In this document: positions 13,282 to 27,800 of the stretch, piece after piece | Layout: each line of letters begins with the position of its first letter | How positions within the stretch are numbered: position 1 is the first letter of the stretch | Source of the DNA: Malacoraja senta | Lineage: Eukaryota | DNA: 64,000 nt | Assembly (NCBI GenBank): GCA_038087875.1 | Contig: CM075994.1 | Span: 8,186,001 to 8,250,000 of the forward strand | Direction: 5' to 3' | Position numbers and translations under genes: made by a program | The notes under the pieces: model-generated | Databases searched by the model: none | Told to the model about the DNA's origin: nothing | What the model saw: the letters and a program-made list of their open reading frames with translations, nothing else

Positions 13282-13455
13282 GCATTGGTTACCCACCCAG
13301 ATGGCACACCTGTTCCCATGGCACCCATCAAGGTCTCGATACTTATCTCCGAGAAGAAGTCCATACAGGAATCTAAACAAGGATTTACGGACAAACTTGG
13401 CGAGATGAGTATTTCCTTCGTTGTTCCAGAAGATGCCAGGGAGATGTATGTAACG
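13282..13455 (+). CDS. C4: C4-like gene 1 exon (MG4): ALVTHPDGTPVPMAPIKVSILISEKKSIQESKQGFTDKLGEMSISFVVPEDAREMYVT
   Basis: ttacag/gtgagt boundaries, 174 bp, phase 0-0. Resembles C4 ALVREMSGSPASGIPVKVS...TDGSGQVSI and C3 VTNPDGSP. Confidence 0.92.
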
Positions 13456-15265
13456 GTGAGTGTGGTTCCAAGGAGAAGACTTGTATGGTCAAAGGCGGAC
13501 AAAAATGCTGGAGAAACTCAGCGGGTGAGGCAACATCTATGGAGCGAAGGAAATAGGCGACGTTTCGGGTCGAGACCCTTCTTCAGACTGATGTGAGGGT
13601 GGGGGTAAGAAAGGAAGAGGAGGAGCCAGAGGGCCGAGGGAAGGCTGAGAAGGGGAGGAGAAAGTAGGGGCTACCTGAATTGAGAGAAGTCAATGTTCAT
13701 ACCGCTGGGGTGCAAACTGCCCAAGTGAAATATGAGGCGCAGCTCCTCCAATTTACGGTGGGACTCACTCTGGGCATGGAGGAGGCCCAGGACAGAAAGG
13801 TCGGAATCGGAATGGGAGGGGGGGAGTTGAAGTGCTGAGCCCACCGGGAGATCAGGTTGGTTAATGCGAACTGAGCGGAGGTGTTGGGCGAAGCGATCGC
13901 CAAGCCTACGCTTGGTCTCACCGATGTAGAGCAGCGGATGCAATAGATGAGGTTGGAGGAGGTGCAGTATGGCCAAACAAGTCTTGAATGAATAAAGCAT
14001 TCACTCACTCATTCACTCACTCATTCTTTCATTCACTCATTCACTCATTTATTCATACATTCATTCAAGACTTTAGTTTAGTTTACAGAAACAGCGTGGA
14101 AACAGGCCCTTCGGCCCACCGGGTCCACGCCGACCAGCGATCCCCGCGATTAGCACTACCCTACACACTCACTAGGGACAATTTTTTCATTTATACCAAG
14201 CCAATTTACCTACAAACCTGCACATCTTTGAAGTGTGGGAGGAAACCGAAGATCTCGGAGAAAACCCACGCAGGTCACGGGGAGAACGTACAAACTCCGT
14301 ACAGACAGCACCCGTAGTCAGGATCGAGCCCGGGTCCCTGGCGCTGTGAGGCAGCAACTCTACCGCTGCGCCATCGTGCTGCCCTTTTTTGATCTAAAGA
14401 TTGATCTCACAGAGATGTATTGATCTTATAGGAGGTTTCACACCAGTAGGGTCTGAAGAAGGGTCTCGACCCAAAACGTCACCCGTTCCTTCTCTCCAGA
14501 GACGCTGCCTGTCCCGCTGAGTTACTCCAGCATTTTGTGCATATATTTGGTTTAAACCAGCATCTGCGGTTCCTTCCTACACAGTGGAAACATTTAGTTT
14601 AGTTCAGAGCTACAGCGTTGAAACAGGCCCTTCGGCCCATCATGTCCGCGCCAACCTGTGCACTAATACTCTCGTACACACTAGGGGATAATTTACTGAG
14701 GCCGATAAACCTACAAACCCGCACGTCTTTGGAGTGTGCGAGCACAATGATCTATTATACATTCTCTTTGTACTTCCTCCCCTTTGATCTCTCCTTTTCA
14801 CACCTTACCCTTCCATATCTCTCACTTCCCTCTCCCCGTGACTCTCACTCTGAAGAAAAGGGTCTCGACCAGAAACGTCGCTCATTCCTTCTCACCAGAG
14901 ATTCGTTTAGTTTTTACAATCGATACAGCGCGGAAACAGGCCCTTCGGCCCACCGACTCCGCGCTGACCAGCGACCCCCCGCACATTAGCACTATCCTAC
15001 ACACACTAGGGACAATTTACACATATACCAAGCCAATTAAGGTACAAACCTGGAGTGTGGGAGGAAACCGAAGATCTCGGAGAAAACCCACGCAGGTCAC
15101 GGGGAGAACGTGCAAGCTCCGTACAGACAGCACCAATCGTCGGGTTCGAACCCGGGTCGCCGGCGCTGTAAGGCACCGTGGGTCACGCCAACGTTTTGTG
15201 TTTCTGCTGTTCCTTCCTGCACAGATTATCGTTAGCATCATCGTTTGCCTCCTCTATCTGCACAG

Positions 15266-15454
15266 GCTAGTGTCAACGACACCCGTGGCAATGAAGTGAA
15301 GAGTGAGATCGCCATTAAGCCCCATCAGAGTAACCAGGTCTACATGTACATCGATGTGCCCAATGTCCTACTGTACGCTGGAGACACCATTAACGTCACA
15401 CTGACAGATCTGGGCCCGGCTAACAGCAGCACTGTGGAACAATATTACTACATG
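15266..15454 (+). CDS. C4: C4-like gene 1 exon (MG4/MG5): ASVNDTRGNEVKSEIAIKPHQSNQVYMYIDVPNVLLYAGDTINVTLTDLGPANSSTVEQYYYM
   Basis: gcacag/gtgagt boundaries, 189 bp, phase 0-0. Has the GDT.N.L motif and ends in YYYM, as C4 does. Confidence 0.92.
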
Positions 15455-18400
15455 GTGAGTGATTGAAGACATTGTTTCAAAGTCAAAGTCAATTTTATTT
15501 GTCACATACACCCTAAGGTGCAGTGAAATGAATTTGCCAGCAGCGATACACTTAAAAAGAACACACAATACACAATAAGATTTGACACAAACATCCCACA
15601 GCATTCTTCACTGTGGTGGAAAGCACAAGGTTCAGCCAGCCCTTCTCCTTTGTTCACCCGTGGAGAGGGCTGACAGTTACAGATACCTGGGATTACAAGT
15701 AACATCAGATCTGAACTGGACTTTGAACACTGTTGCAACAGTGAAAAATGCCCAGCAGAGACTGTACTTCATCAGGCTGCTCAGAAAAGCTGGTCTGCAC
15801 TGTCGCCCTCTCACCCAGGTCTACAAAGGACTGATAGAGAGCATCCTCACCACAGGCATCACGGTGTGGTATGGAAACACCACACAGACAGAGAGGAAGG
15901 CTCTGCAAAGAGTCATAAAGACTGCAGAGAGGATTATCAGAATGGAACTTCCCTCCATGGAAACAATCTACACACAGCGCTGTCAAAAAAGAGCAGAGAG
16001 AATCATCAGAGACACACTACATCCAGCTCGCCTCCCTGCTCAAACACAAAAACTGCACATACAACCTCAGGCACAGACGAGCGGACAGCATCGCCACAAA
16101 CAGAACACGCTTCTTCAAGAGCTTCTTCCCTGCCACAGTGAGACTCTTGGCCAAAAACAAAATGAACTGATGTCCTGACCCACCTCATAACATATCATAG
16201 TATATGTGTTTATAGTTTATAGATTATGTGTTTTTCTGTGTGTCTTTTTAACTTGACTTGACTTGACTCTCTGAACAACCGCACAAGAATTCCTATGTGT
16301 GGAAGCACAAATGGCAAATAAAGTTTTTGATTTGATTTGATTTGATTTTGACCCGTGGTCGGGGCCAAGAACCCTCCATAGTCGCCGCTACGGACGGCCG
16401 GATGTACAGGTCCTCTCGTCGGGATGATTCAAACTCCGAAGTCGGGATGGTCAAACACACTCTGCGGCTTGGAGTGCCCGAATCGGCACTTTCTTACCGG
16501 AGACTCATTGGGAAGGCTGGCTCCGTCCCGAGGGTGGAGTTGGATTCACGGGAGGTTGGTCTTGGAGGGGGAGGATGCTCTTCAAATTGTGGAGCATCCT
16601 GGACAATAACAGCTCACCCCCTCCATGACGCACTGGTCAACCTGAGGAGCACCTTCAGCAACAGACTGGTCCCACCGAGATGCAGCACAGAACGCCACAG
16701 GAGATCCTTCTTCCCTGTGGCTATCAAACTGTCCAACTCCTCCCCCTTCTGTCGTGGGGTAGACTGAGACTGACTCCCCTCCCCCCTCCCCAATCTTTAC
16801 ACATCCCCAATCCTTTCCACTCGTCACTTGAATTTCATGTTTCATGTATTTTGTGTTTTTATGACTGTTGGCAGATCAATGTCCCTCCTGGGATCAATAA
16901 AGTTCTATTGTATCGTATGGTTTGGTTTAGTTCAGTTCTGTTTAGTTGATCGTCACGTGTACAGAGGTGCAGGGAAAAGCTTTTGTTGCGTGCTAACCAG
17001 TCAGCAGAAATACAATACATGATTACAGTCGAGCCATGCACAGTGTATGGATACATGATAAGGGAATACAATCAGGATAGAGGGAGTGCAGAGAAGGTTC
17101 ACCAGACTGATTCCTGGGATGTCAGGACTGTCTTATGAAGAAAGACTGGATAGACTTGGTTTATACTCTCTAGAATTTAGGAGATTGAGAGGGGATCTTA
17201 TAGAAACTTACAAAATTCTTAAGGGGTTGGACAGGCTAGATGCAGGAAGATTGCTCCCGATGTTGGGGAAGTCCAGGACAAGGGGTCACAGCTTAAGGGT
17301 AAGGGGGAAATCCTTTAAAACCGAGATGAGAAGAACTGTTTTCACACAGAGAGTGGTGAATCTCTGGAACTCTCTGCCACAGAGGGTAGTCGAGGCCAGT
17401 TCATTGGCTATATTTAAGAGGGAGTTAGATGTGGCCCTTGTGGCTAAAGGGATCAGAGGGTATGGAGAGAAGGCAGGTACGGGATACTGAGTTGGATGAT
17501 CAGCCATGATCATATTGAATGGCGGTGCAGGCTCGAAGGGCCGAATGGCCTACTCCTGCACCTAATTTCTATGTTTCTATGTTAGGAGGAGGAGCCATGT
17601 TGGGGAACGACTGCTAACCAGCAGCCGTCCGTTTAAATCACTTTTTAAAAATAGTTTTAGTGTGTCCATTGTCCAGTGTGTGGGAGTATTCTACTTTTAA
17701 GTGTAGGGTGAATGGGGTAATTATATCCTAGGTCCCTACCTGGTCGGTGAGGCAGCTTTTTCTCCGGGCTGCCCCGTCGACCCGTCCTCGTGGCCTACCA
17801 GCGGGCATGGGGCGCCGTTTCCTGACGGGGACCGCCCAGCACCTTCAGCTTCGGTCGGCGGCACAGCGCTGGAGCGCTATCGTGGAGCGTAGCGGGCGAT
17901 GCCTTGCCTGGGTCACCGCGCTGGATCGACGCGCTGGAGCGATGACCGCCGAGATCAACACCTCCGGGCTGCCGGTCTGCGGAGCGACCAGCCGCGGGCG
18001 GCGGCGCCGACTTTAACATCGGGAGCCTCGTGGCTCCAAATCGTGGCTCCAAATCGGCGCGGCCCTGTCGGCTTCAGGTGCCATGGACTCCGCTGGGAAA
18101 CCGGCCGTTCCAGCCGCTGCGAGGACTCTCCCGACGGCCAGGAACATCGGGCCTCCGTAGAGGCAACTGTGTCGGCCTCGATGGGCCTGACTCTGGGGAG
18201 AACTGGGGTTGGGGACTGGACATTGTGCCATCCCCCACAGTGGTATCCATTGTGGGGGGATGATTTTGTGTGTAGTGTTAAGTGTCTGTGTTAGTCTATG
18301 TCCAACATGGCGGTCGGAAGGGAGAGTATACGCTGGCGCGGTTTGGCTGCCGCTGCCCTCCTTTCATATTGTGTTTTCTGAATTTTGTTGTTGTCTTCTT

Positions 18401-20788
18401 TGGATCAAATTTCTGTTTTTAATTTATGTATTTGTAATGTCTTTATAACTTATTTTACTCTGATTATATGTTTATATGTTTCTTTGTTAAATTGTAAGGT
18501 TTTTTGTTTTTAATTAACTAGATTTTAATATTGATAAATGTATTGTGATTTTATGTCCTGTAAGGTGTCCTTAGGTGTCCAGAAAGGCGCCAGCAAATAA
18601 AATGCATTATTATTAGTATAATAACGTTTAGTGCAAGGTAAAACCAGCAAAGTCTGATCAAGGATAGTCTGAGGGTCACCAGAGAGGTAGATAGTAGTTC
18701 AGCACTGCTCTCTGGTTGTGGTAGGATGGTTCAGTTGCCTGATAACAGCTGGGAAGAAACTGTCCCTGAATCTGATGGTGTGCATTTTCACACTTCAGTT
18801 TAGAGATACAGCACAGAAGCAGAAGCAGGCCCCTTTGGCCCACCGAGTCTGCGCCTACCAGCGATCCCCGCACACTAACACTATCCCACACACTAGGTAA
18901 AATTTACATTTATACCAAGCCAATTAATATTCAACCCTGTATGTCTTTGGAGTGTGGGAGGAAACCAGAGCACCCGGAGAAAACCCACGCAGGTCACATG
19001 CATTTGAAAAAGTTCAAACGAAGTTCAGAAGAATTTTGTTTGAACTTAGGTTGAAATGACAACAAATAAATATCTATCTATATCTATCTATCAAAAATGT
19101 ATAGGGAAAGTTTAGAGGGATATCATCCAAATGCGGGCAGGAGGGACTAGTGTATATGGGGTATCTTGGTTGACATGGACAAGTTGTGAGGGGAAAGATT
19201 TAATAGGAACCAGAGGGGCAACTTTCTCACACAAAGGGGTGGTAGGTGCATGGAACAAGCTGCGAGAGGAGCTATGCAGTTGAGGCTGATGTGAAAACAT
19301 TTAAAAGACATGTAGACATAGATAGGAAAGGTTTTGTCCATTTGCAGTTGTACAGAGCCCTAGTGAGACCACACCTGGAGTATTGTGTGTAGTTTTGATC
19401 TCCAAATTTGAGGAAGGACATTCTTGCTATTGAGGGAGTGCAGCGTAGGTTCACAAGGTTAATTCCTAGGATGACAGGACTGTCATATGTTGATAGAATG
19501 GAGCGGCTGGGCTTGTATACTCTGGAATTTAGAAGGATGAGAGGGCATCTTATTGAAATAAGATTATTAAGGATTTGGATACGCTGGAGGCAGGAAACAT
19601 GTTCCCGATGTTGGGGGAGTCGAGAACCAGGGGTCACAGTTTAAGAATAAGGGGTAAGCCATTGTGAACAGAGACAAGGAAACACTTTTTCACACAGAGG
19701 GTTGGGAATGTGTGGAATTCTCTGCCTCAGAAGGCTGTGGAGGCCAATTCTCTGGATGTTTTCAAGAGAGAGTTAGATAGAGCTCTAAAGATAGAGGTCT
19801 TTAAAATTATGAGCGGGTTAGACAGAGTTGACGTGGATAAGCTTTTTCCATTGAGAGTAGGGAAGATTCAAACAAGGGGACATGACTTGAGAATTAAGGG
19901 ACAGAAGTTTAGGGGTAACATTAGGGGGAACTTCTTTACTCAGAGAGTGGTAGCTGTGTGGAATGAGCTTCCAGTGGAAGTGGTGGAGGCTGGTTCGATT
20001 TTATCCTTTAAAAATAGATTGGATGGGTATATGGACGGGAAAGGAATGGAGGGTTATGGTCTGAGTGCAGGTAGATGGGACTAGGGGGAAGTATTTATTT
20101 AAAAAAATAAAAAAATTAAAAAAAATGTTCGGCACGGACTTGAAGGGCCGAGATGGCCTGTTTCCGTGCTGTAATGGTTATATGGTTATATGGTTATATG
20201 GTTATATTAGAGCTCTTAAAGATAGCAGAGTCAGGGGATATGGGGAGAAGGCAGGAACGGGGTACTGTTTGTGGATGATCAGCCATGATCACATTGAATG
20301 GCGGTGCTGGCTCGAAGGGCCGAATGGCCTACTCCTGCACCTATTGTCTATTGTCTACATGGGCCAAATACAGGCAGGTGGGATTAGTGTAAATGGGGTA
20401 TCTTGATTGCATGGGCATGTTTGGCTGAAGGGCCTGTTTCCATGTTCTATGAATCTATTAGTTGACCATGTTCGGCATGGACATTGTGGGCCGAAGGGCC
20501 TGTCATAGTCATAGAGTGATGCAGTGTGGAAACAGACCCTTCAGGGCAACTTGCCACCATGTCCTAGCTACGCTAGTCCCACCTGCCTGCGCTTGGTCCA
20601 CATCCCTCCAAACCTGTCCTATCCATGTACCTGTCTAACTGTTTCTTAAACATTGGGATAGTCCCAGCCTCAACTACCTCCTCTGGCAGATTGTTCCATA
20701 CACCCACCACCCTCTGTGTGGAAAAGAAAGGGTGTGAACAGGGTCCCCGTGCTAACGTTCCACGTTCTCAGATGTTCCTTCCGTCTAG

Positions 20789-20983
20789 ATCCTGAGCAAA
20801 GGAAAGCTTCTCCACCACGAGAGAATTGAGAGATCGACCAACACATATGTCCAGGTTAACATCACGCAAGACATGGTCCCGTATTTCCGTATGGTAGCCT
20901 ATTACGTCACAGACGTCCACGGCCAAAGTAATCTAGTCTCGGACTCGGTGCGGGTGGAGGTCGAGGAGTCCTGTGACCTTCAG
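20789..20983 (+). CDS. C4: C4-like gene 1 exon (MG5): ILSKGKLLHHERIERSTNTYVQVNITQDMVPYFRMVAYYVTDVHGQSNLVSDSVRVEVEESCDLQ
   Basis: gtctag/gtttgt boundaries, 195 bp. Contains the A2M_N_2 family motifs ILSKG, P.FR.VAYY and V.DSV.V.V..SC. Confidence 0.95.
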
Positions 20984-23900
20984 GTTTGTGGTGGGTTTGC
21001 TACATATATTGGGGGGGTGGGGGGGTCCGTTAATTATCTTGTCCACGGATATCAACGATGCCCAAATCGGTAGGACTTTATGTTGGAAGGAACTGCAGAT
21101 GCTGGTTTAAACTGCAGATAGACACAAAAAGCCGGAATCTTCTTCTTCTTGCGAATGAAACATAAACCAAAGCGCTGGTTAGATCTCAAGCGGGTGTTGA
21201 GCAGCCAGGTTGTTGTCTCTGCGGCAATGTCTGCCAGGCCCTGACAGAGCTCCATTTGGTGGGTGGTTAGAATTGATGTGACATGGTTGACAGTCTGTTG
21301 TTCTGGTCCGCATTCACAGGCTGGGCTCTGGCGGAGTCCCCATCTCCACATTTTTGTGTGTGCAGTTTTGGTCCCCTAATTTGAGGAAGGACATTCTTGC
21401 TATTGAGGGAGTGCAGCGTAGGTTCACAAGGTTAATCCCCGGGATGGCAGGATTGTCATATGTTGAGAGAATGGAGCGGCTGGGCTTGTACACTCTGGAG
21501 TTNNNNNNNNNNNNNNNNNNNNNNNNNNNNNNNNNNNNNNNNNNNNNNNNNNNNNNNNNNNNNNNNNNNNNNNNNNNNNNNNNNNNNNNNNNNNNNNNNN
21601 NNNNNNNNNNNNNNNNNNNNNNNNNNNNNNNNNNNNNNNNNNNNNNNNNNNNNNNNNNNNNNNNNNNNNNNNNNNNNNNNNNNNNNNNNNNNNNNNNNNN
21701 NNGGAGTGCAGCGTAGGTTCACAAGGTTAATCCCCGGGATGGCAGGATTGTCATATGTTGAGAGAATGGAGCGGCTGGGCTTGTACACTCTGGAGTTTAG
21801 AAGGATGAGAGGATATCTCATTGAAACATATAAGATTGTTAAGGGTTTGGACACGCTAGAGGCAGGAAACATGTTTCCTATGTTGGGGGAGTTCAGAACC
21901 GGGGGCCACAGTTTAAGAATAAGGAGTAAGCCATTTAGAACGGAGACGAGGAAACACTTTTTCTCACAGAGAGTGGTGAGTCTGTGGAATTCCCTGCCTC
22001 AGAGGGCGGTGGAGGCAGGTTCTCTGGATGCTTTCAAGAGAGAGCTAGATAGGGCTCTTAAAAATAGTGGAGTCAGGGGATATGGGGAGAAGGCAGGAAT
22101 GGGGTACAGATTGGGGATGATCAGCCATGATCACATTGAATGGTGGTACTGGCTCGAGGGGCCGAATGGCCTACTCCTGCACCCATTGTCTATTGTCACA
22201 TGCTGGCATTGAAACACCCAACTCCAGCACCAAGTCAGTTGAGCTTCACCCATGCTCCTCTGGGGAGGTCAGACCCTGGACAGCTTTTACCTGGTAAAGC
22301 CATAGTAACACATAGTCATAGAGTAATGCAGTGTGGAAACAGGCCCTTTGGCCCAACTCACCCACACTGGCCAACAATGTCCCAGCTACACTAGTCCCAC
22401 CTGCCTGCGCTTGATCCATAACCCTCCAAACCAGTCCTGTCCATGTACCTGTCCAACTGTTTCTTAAACGTCGGGATAGTCCCAGCCTCAACTACCTCCT
22501 CTGGCAGCTTGTTCCATACACCCACCACCCTTTGTGTGAAAAAGTTACCCCTCGGATTCCTATCAAATCATTTCCCCTTCTCAGCGAGTGTGAAAAGGAA
22601 TGGGTGACGTTTCGGGTCGAGACCCTTCTGAAGAAAGGACTCAAACCCAAAAAGTCACCTGTACCTTTTCTGTGGGACATTGTATTGGCCACAATTTCAT
22701 GAATTGAGTTGAATGGTGGCATAGACTTGATGGGCTGAAAGGCCTAATTCTACTCTTATCACTTATGTCCTGTTGACAATTCGCTGCAATTTCTTGCGGT
22801 TTTGGATGGAGCTGTTCCCAAACCAAGTTGTGATGCATCCCGATAAATGATTTTCTGCAGTGCATCTGTTGAAGTTTGTGGTTCATTTATGAATTTGAGT
22901 TTGGTTTATTGTCACGTGTACCGAGGCACAGTGAAAAGCTTTTTGTTGCGTGCTAACCAGTCAGCGGAAAGACAATACATGATTACAATTAAGCCATTCA
23001 CAGTGTACAGATACATGATAAGGGAAAAACGTTTAGTGCAAGGTAAAGCCAGTAAAGTCCGATCAAGGATAGTCCGAGGGTCGCCAATGAGGTAGATAGT
23101 AGTTCAGGACTGCTCTCTGGTTGTGGTAGGATGGTTCAGTTGCCCAATAACAGCTGGGAAGAAACTGTCCCTGAATCTGGAGGTGTGCGTTTTCACACTT
23201 CTGTACCTCATGCCCGATGGGAGAGGGGAGAAGAGGGAGTGGCCGGGGTGCGACTGGTCCTTGATTATGCTGCTGGCCTTGCCGAGGCAGCGTGAGGTGT
23301 AGATGGAGTCAATGGAAGGGAAGCTAGACACAAAAAGCTGGAGTAACTCAGCGGGACAGGAAGCATCTCTGGAGAGAAGAAATAGTCTCAGGGTCTCCAA
23401 TGAGGTAGATGGGAGGTCAGGACTGCTCTCTAGTTGGTGAAAGAACAGTTCAGTTGCCTGATAATAGCTTGGAAGAAACTCTCTTGCCAGAGGGGAGAAG
23501 AGGGAGTGGCTGGGGTGAGACTGGTCCTTGATTATGCTGCTGGCCTTGCCGAGGCAGCGCGAGGTGTAGATGGAGTCAATGGAAGGAAGGAAGGGTCTCG
23601 ATCCGAAACGTTACCCATTCCTTCTCTCCAGAGCGGCACGGTGGCGCAGTGGTAGGGTTGCTGCCCTATGGCGAATGCAGCGCCGGAGACCCGGGTTCGA
23701 TCCCGACTATGGGTGCTGTCTGTACGGAGTTTTCACGTTCTCCCCGTGACCTGCGTGGGTTATCTCCGAGATCTTCGGTTTCCTCCCACACTCCAAAGAC
23801 GTGCGGGTTTGTAGGTTAATTGGTTTGGTGTAAATGTAAAAATCATCCCTAGTGGGTATAGAATAGGGTTAACGTGTGGGGATCGCTGGTCGGCGTGGAC

Positions 23901-24141
23901 CCGGTGGGCCTTAAGGGCTTGTTTCCGCACTGTATCTCTAAACTGAAAGATGCTGGCTTTCCCGCTGTGTTACTCCAGGTTTTTGTGTCCATCTTTAATA
24001 GAAGGGAGGTTGGTTTGTGTGACGGTCTGGGTGGCCGCGGGAGACTATATTGGAATAGGGGATAAAGCTGGAGTCGGGGCTGGGGCTGGTGACTCCGGGG
24101 GAGTTGGATACTGTCGTTGGAGAGCTGTCGACCCTTTGCAG

Positions 24142-24288
24142 ATCCAGATCCTGCCCAGCCTGTTCATGGAAGCTGACCGGGGGTACCTGCTCCTGACTAT
24201 CTTCACCAACCGCTCAGCAGATGTCCACGTGCAGGCGGTGGACAACCAACTGGCCAAAGCTCACGTCGACCTGGGGATCTACGAGCAG
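24142..24288 (+). CDS. C4: C4-like gene 1 exon (MG6-beta): IQILPSLFMEADRGYLLLTIFTNRSADVHVQAVDNQLAKAHVDLGIYEQ
   Basis: ttgcag/gtgaga boundaries, 147 bp, phase 0-0. Keeps the A.V...AVD motif. Confidence 0.88.
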
Positions 24289-24860
24289 GTGAGAAGGTCA
24301 TGAGTAGAATTAGGCCATTTGGCCCTTCTAGTCTAATCCACCATTCAATCATGTCTGATTTATCTCTCCCTCCTAACCCCATTCTCTTGCCTTCTCCCCA
24401 TAACCCCTGACACCTGTACTAATCAATCTCTGTCTTAAAAATTTCCCCTGACTTGGCCTCCACAGCCTTCTGTGGGAATGAATTCCACAGATTCACCATC
24501 CTCTGAAGAAATTCCTCCTCATCTCCTTCCTAAAAGAACGTCCTTTAATTCTGTGGCCATGGCCTCTAGTCCTTGACTCTCCCACTAGTGGAAACATCCT
24601 CTCCACATCCACTCTATCCAAGCCTTTCACTATTCTGTATGTTTCAATGATGTCCCCCACTCATTCTTCTAAACTCCAGCGAGTACAGGCCCAGTGCCGA
24701 CAAACGCTCATCATATGTTAACCCACTCATTCTCGTAAACCTCCTCTGGACCCTCTCCAGAGCCGGCACATGCTTCCTCAGATATGGGGCCCAAAACTGC
24801 TCACAATATTCCAAATGCGGCCTGTCCAGTACCTTATAGAGCCTCAGCGTTACATCCCTG

Positions 24861-27800
24861 TTTTACTTCGGAGTCACGTGAGTGACTACGTGAAGAACCT
24901 GCCAGCACGCATGTGCGTCATATCGTCTAACGCATTGTGCAACGACGGGCTCTGGATCGCTCTTCCACCAGCGGTCAAACCTGAAGGTAAGTTTTAAACT
25001 TTTTTCCAGGTCTGTTTTCTCTTTGCAGGAAGCTCTTTACAGAGTTCCTGCTGGAGACGTTCCGGGGTCGAAATCCTGGCTCCACCCGGCTCCCTTCTAC
25101 AGGGACCACGGGGGAATCCCGGCTGCGAGAACTGCGGGGATATCCGGCTCGGGGGAAGCCCGGGCACAGATATCGCAGGGAAGCCCTTCTTCAGGGACCG
25201 CGGGGAAATCCCCGGCTACGAGAACTGCTGGGATATCCGGCTCGGGGGAAGCCCGACCACAGACATCGCGGGGAGCCCTTCTTCAGGGACCACGGGGGAA
25301 TCCCGGCTGCGGAAACAGCAGGGACAACCGGCTTGGCGGGGAAACCCAACATCGCGGGGAATTCCTTCTACAGGGACTACGGGGGAATGCCGGCTGCAAC
25401 AACCGCGGGTATATGTGGCTCGGGGGAAGCCTGGCTGCGGTGACCACGGAACCCGGCTTCGGGGACCGTGGGAAGACCACGGGTAACCCGGCTCGGGGGA
25501 ACCTCGGCTACGGGGACCGTGGGAAAACACGGCTATGGACCGCGGAAATGCGGGTAGCCGGCGACGACTTCAGACTCCGGCAGCCCGCAGAGGGTAAGAG
25601 CCAAACGGAGTCTGAGAGGCCTAGACTGAAGTCAGGCCAGGAGTATTCCCCTCCGACATGGGTACGTCCTCGGACATTTTTACCCAGATGGAGCTTGGAT
25701 AGCGTCCGCAGGGCGTTCAGGTAATGCTCCATCCTCATATGGTCCAGGGAAATCTCCCTATCTGTGAAGGTGAGTGCGAGGGGTCAGTTGGTAACTGACT
25801 CCAAACTCAGAAGGTTGTCAGGGGAACATACTGGAGTACATGCGTGAGGTTCCAGAAATTTATGTCATTGCATCAAGGGTTGCGATATCCTCGCAAACGA
25901 AGGAGCTTCTGCTGGAAAAGTTTGCTTCCACCCATTGGCAGAAAAACCCGGAGGGGCCAGAGTTCCCCTGGCGGAGCAGCAGCTACCTCAAGTCACATCA
26001 TTATAGGAACATGTGAAAGGGTTCCTGAAAGTGCCAGCAGTGAACAGCGCTATCTGGGGTGATATTGGAGGCGGCATGAAAACCCAGGAAATGAAACTCC
26101 AACAACATTTTAAAGATTACTGGCCTGGTCTTGATATGCAAGGCACACTTCAAAATGAACATAGGAAGGCCAGTAATGTCCAGCCGCCGAATCCTCTCTT
26201 CACGGAAAACCTGTTCAAACAGGTAAGACCAGGATGAGGAAACAAAAGCTGTCGGACTAATCAAAGTACCAACGACGAGCAAAGCTTCATTGTGTCGGCG
26301 ACAACACACCCCACGCCTTCATCGGCAGGAAGCCGTTCACTGAAGCTGGTGGCAGGTTGAAAGCTGAGCGCAGGTCTTTTAGGCCAATGCCCAAAACCGG
26401 TCCTAAGGGGAAATATGGGATCCACGTACCCCAGCAGTCCTACTCTCCAAATCAAGGACGGAAATAGAACCCGCATCAGGGGCCTTTGGGCTTACCATAA
26501 AACCACCGATAACCATGAAGGTAGGTGGGTCTGGTTCTTTCCGAAACATGGGGTATGTGGACCATTTACAAGTGGGTAATATTTACACTTGTTTTTGTAC
26601 AGATGACAATGATAACATAAGATTCAGATCTGTTTATAAATTAAAATGATAACATGAGATAGTTTATACTGCACAGTATACAAGCGAGACAGGCGCAGAA
26701 TTTGGCCAGAGTGCTCGGAAATATGGCTGGAGTTGCCTTTCAAGGCAGGCTCGCAATTATGCTAGATGTGGCCTGTTCATTGTCAACAGGTTCAACTCAC
26801 ATGTGCAGTATAGACATTTCTGAATAAGAAACTTTGTGACTGTTTAACTTCCATGGGATCAGTTTCCATTCACGGGGCACCGGAGATATTTGAAATTTAG
26901 CTGGATGGGGCAATGATACAGTTAAAAGCGTTGCAAAATGGGCTAACTTCAGCTCCCAGGCTATTTACCAAATTACTAAAACCAGTGGTTTGGCTGCTCA
27001 GAGCTAAAAAACAATTGTTATGGCCAACTGGATGATATTCAAAATGCTGTATTTTGCTAAATTAGCTGTATCAGCCACCAAACTATATTGAGAAATTGGG
27101 GTTCTCATCCATCCAGTTACATTTAAGTTGATACCAACTGAAATTATTGATTATTGGGATTTACCTTTTTTATCTATTAATTTGTCTGGGACTCCGCCCT
27201 GAGGCAAGAGATTGGAATTAATTGAAGCCTGTAACAACCTTGTGGTTATCAAGCAGCCTTCTATTCATCAATTGTAATTGGCAATATATTGGCTTTCAGC
27301 TGTGCTATTTGGGCCTTTGCATTATCAGAACTATACAGCGTGCAAAAGAGTAAGCTCTCAAGTACCATGTAGGTGTTACCAGACCTATGCTATTCCCAGC
27401 TGAAACTAGCAAAGTCACCATGGTGGACGAACAGTATTCAGCATTGCTCCACTAACTTTTCATCAGTAAATCTTCAGTTAATTACAAACTGATGCTATTG
27501 CTCAAAGATGGAAAATTACTAATACCATCTCTAGTTACGGAGGCGGATGGGATTGCATGAGTTACCAATTCTTCAGTTATATGGTATCAACTACCTATAG
27601 ACACTAGGTGCATTCTGTGGATTAAAGGTTTTGTGCGAATATGCATGATCTGCATGCTCAAGTCCAAGTTGATGCACTTTGGTGGTGGTATATGTTAATC
27701 ACATGGGTGCAACCAAGTCAAAGTATCTGGTGATAGTTTACCTAACCTCATTTGGCACTGGTGTTTCATCATGTAAAATCAATGAAAACACAGAATGGAT

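Noticed and set aside
21407..21798. Direct repeat on both sides of the N gap
   Set aside because: Identical CR1 sequence flanks the gap, most likely an unmerged contig overlap. The exons on either side are consecutive, so nothing coding seems to be missing here.
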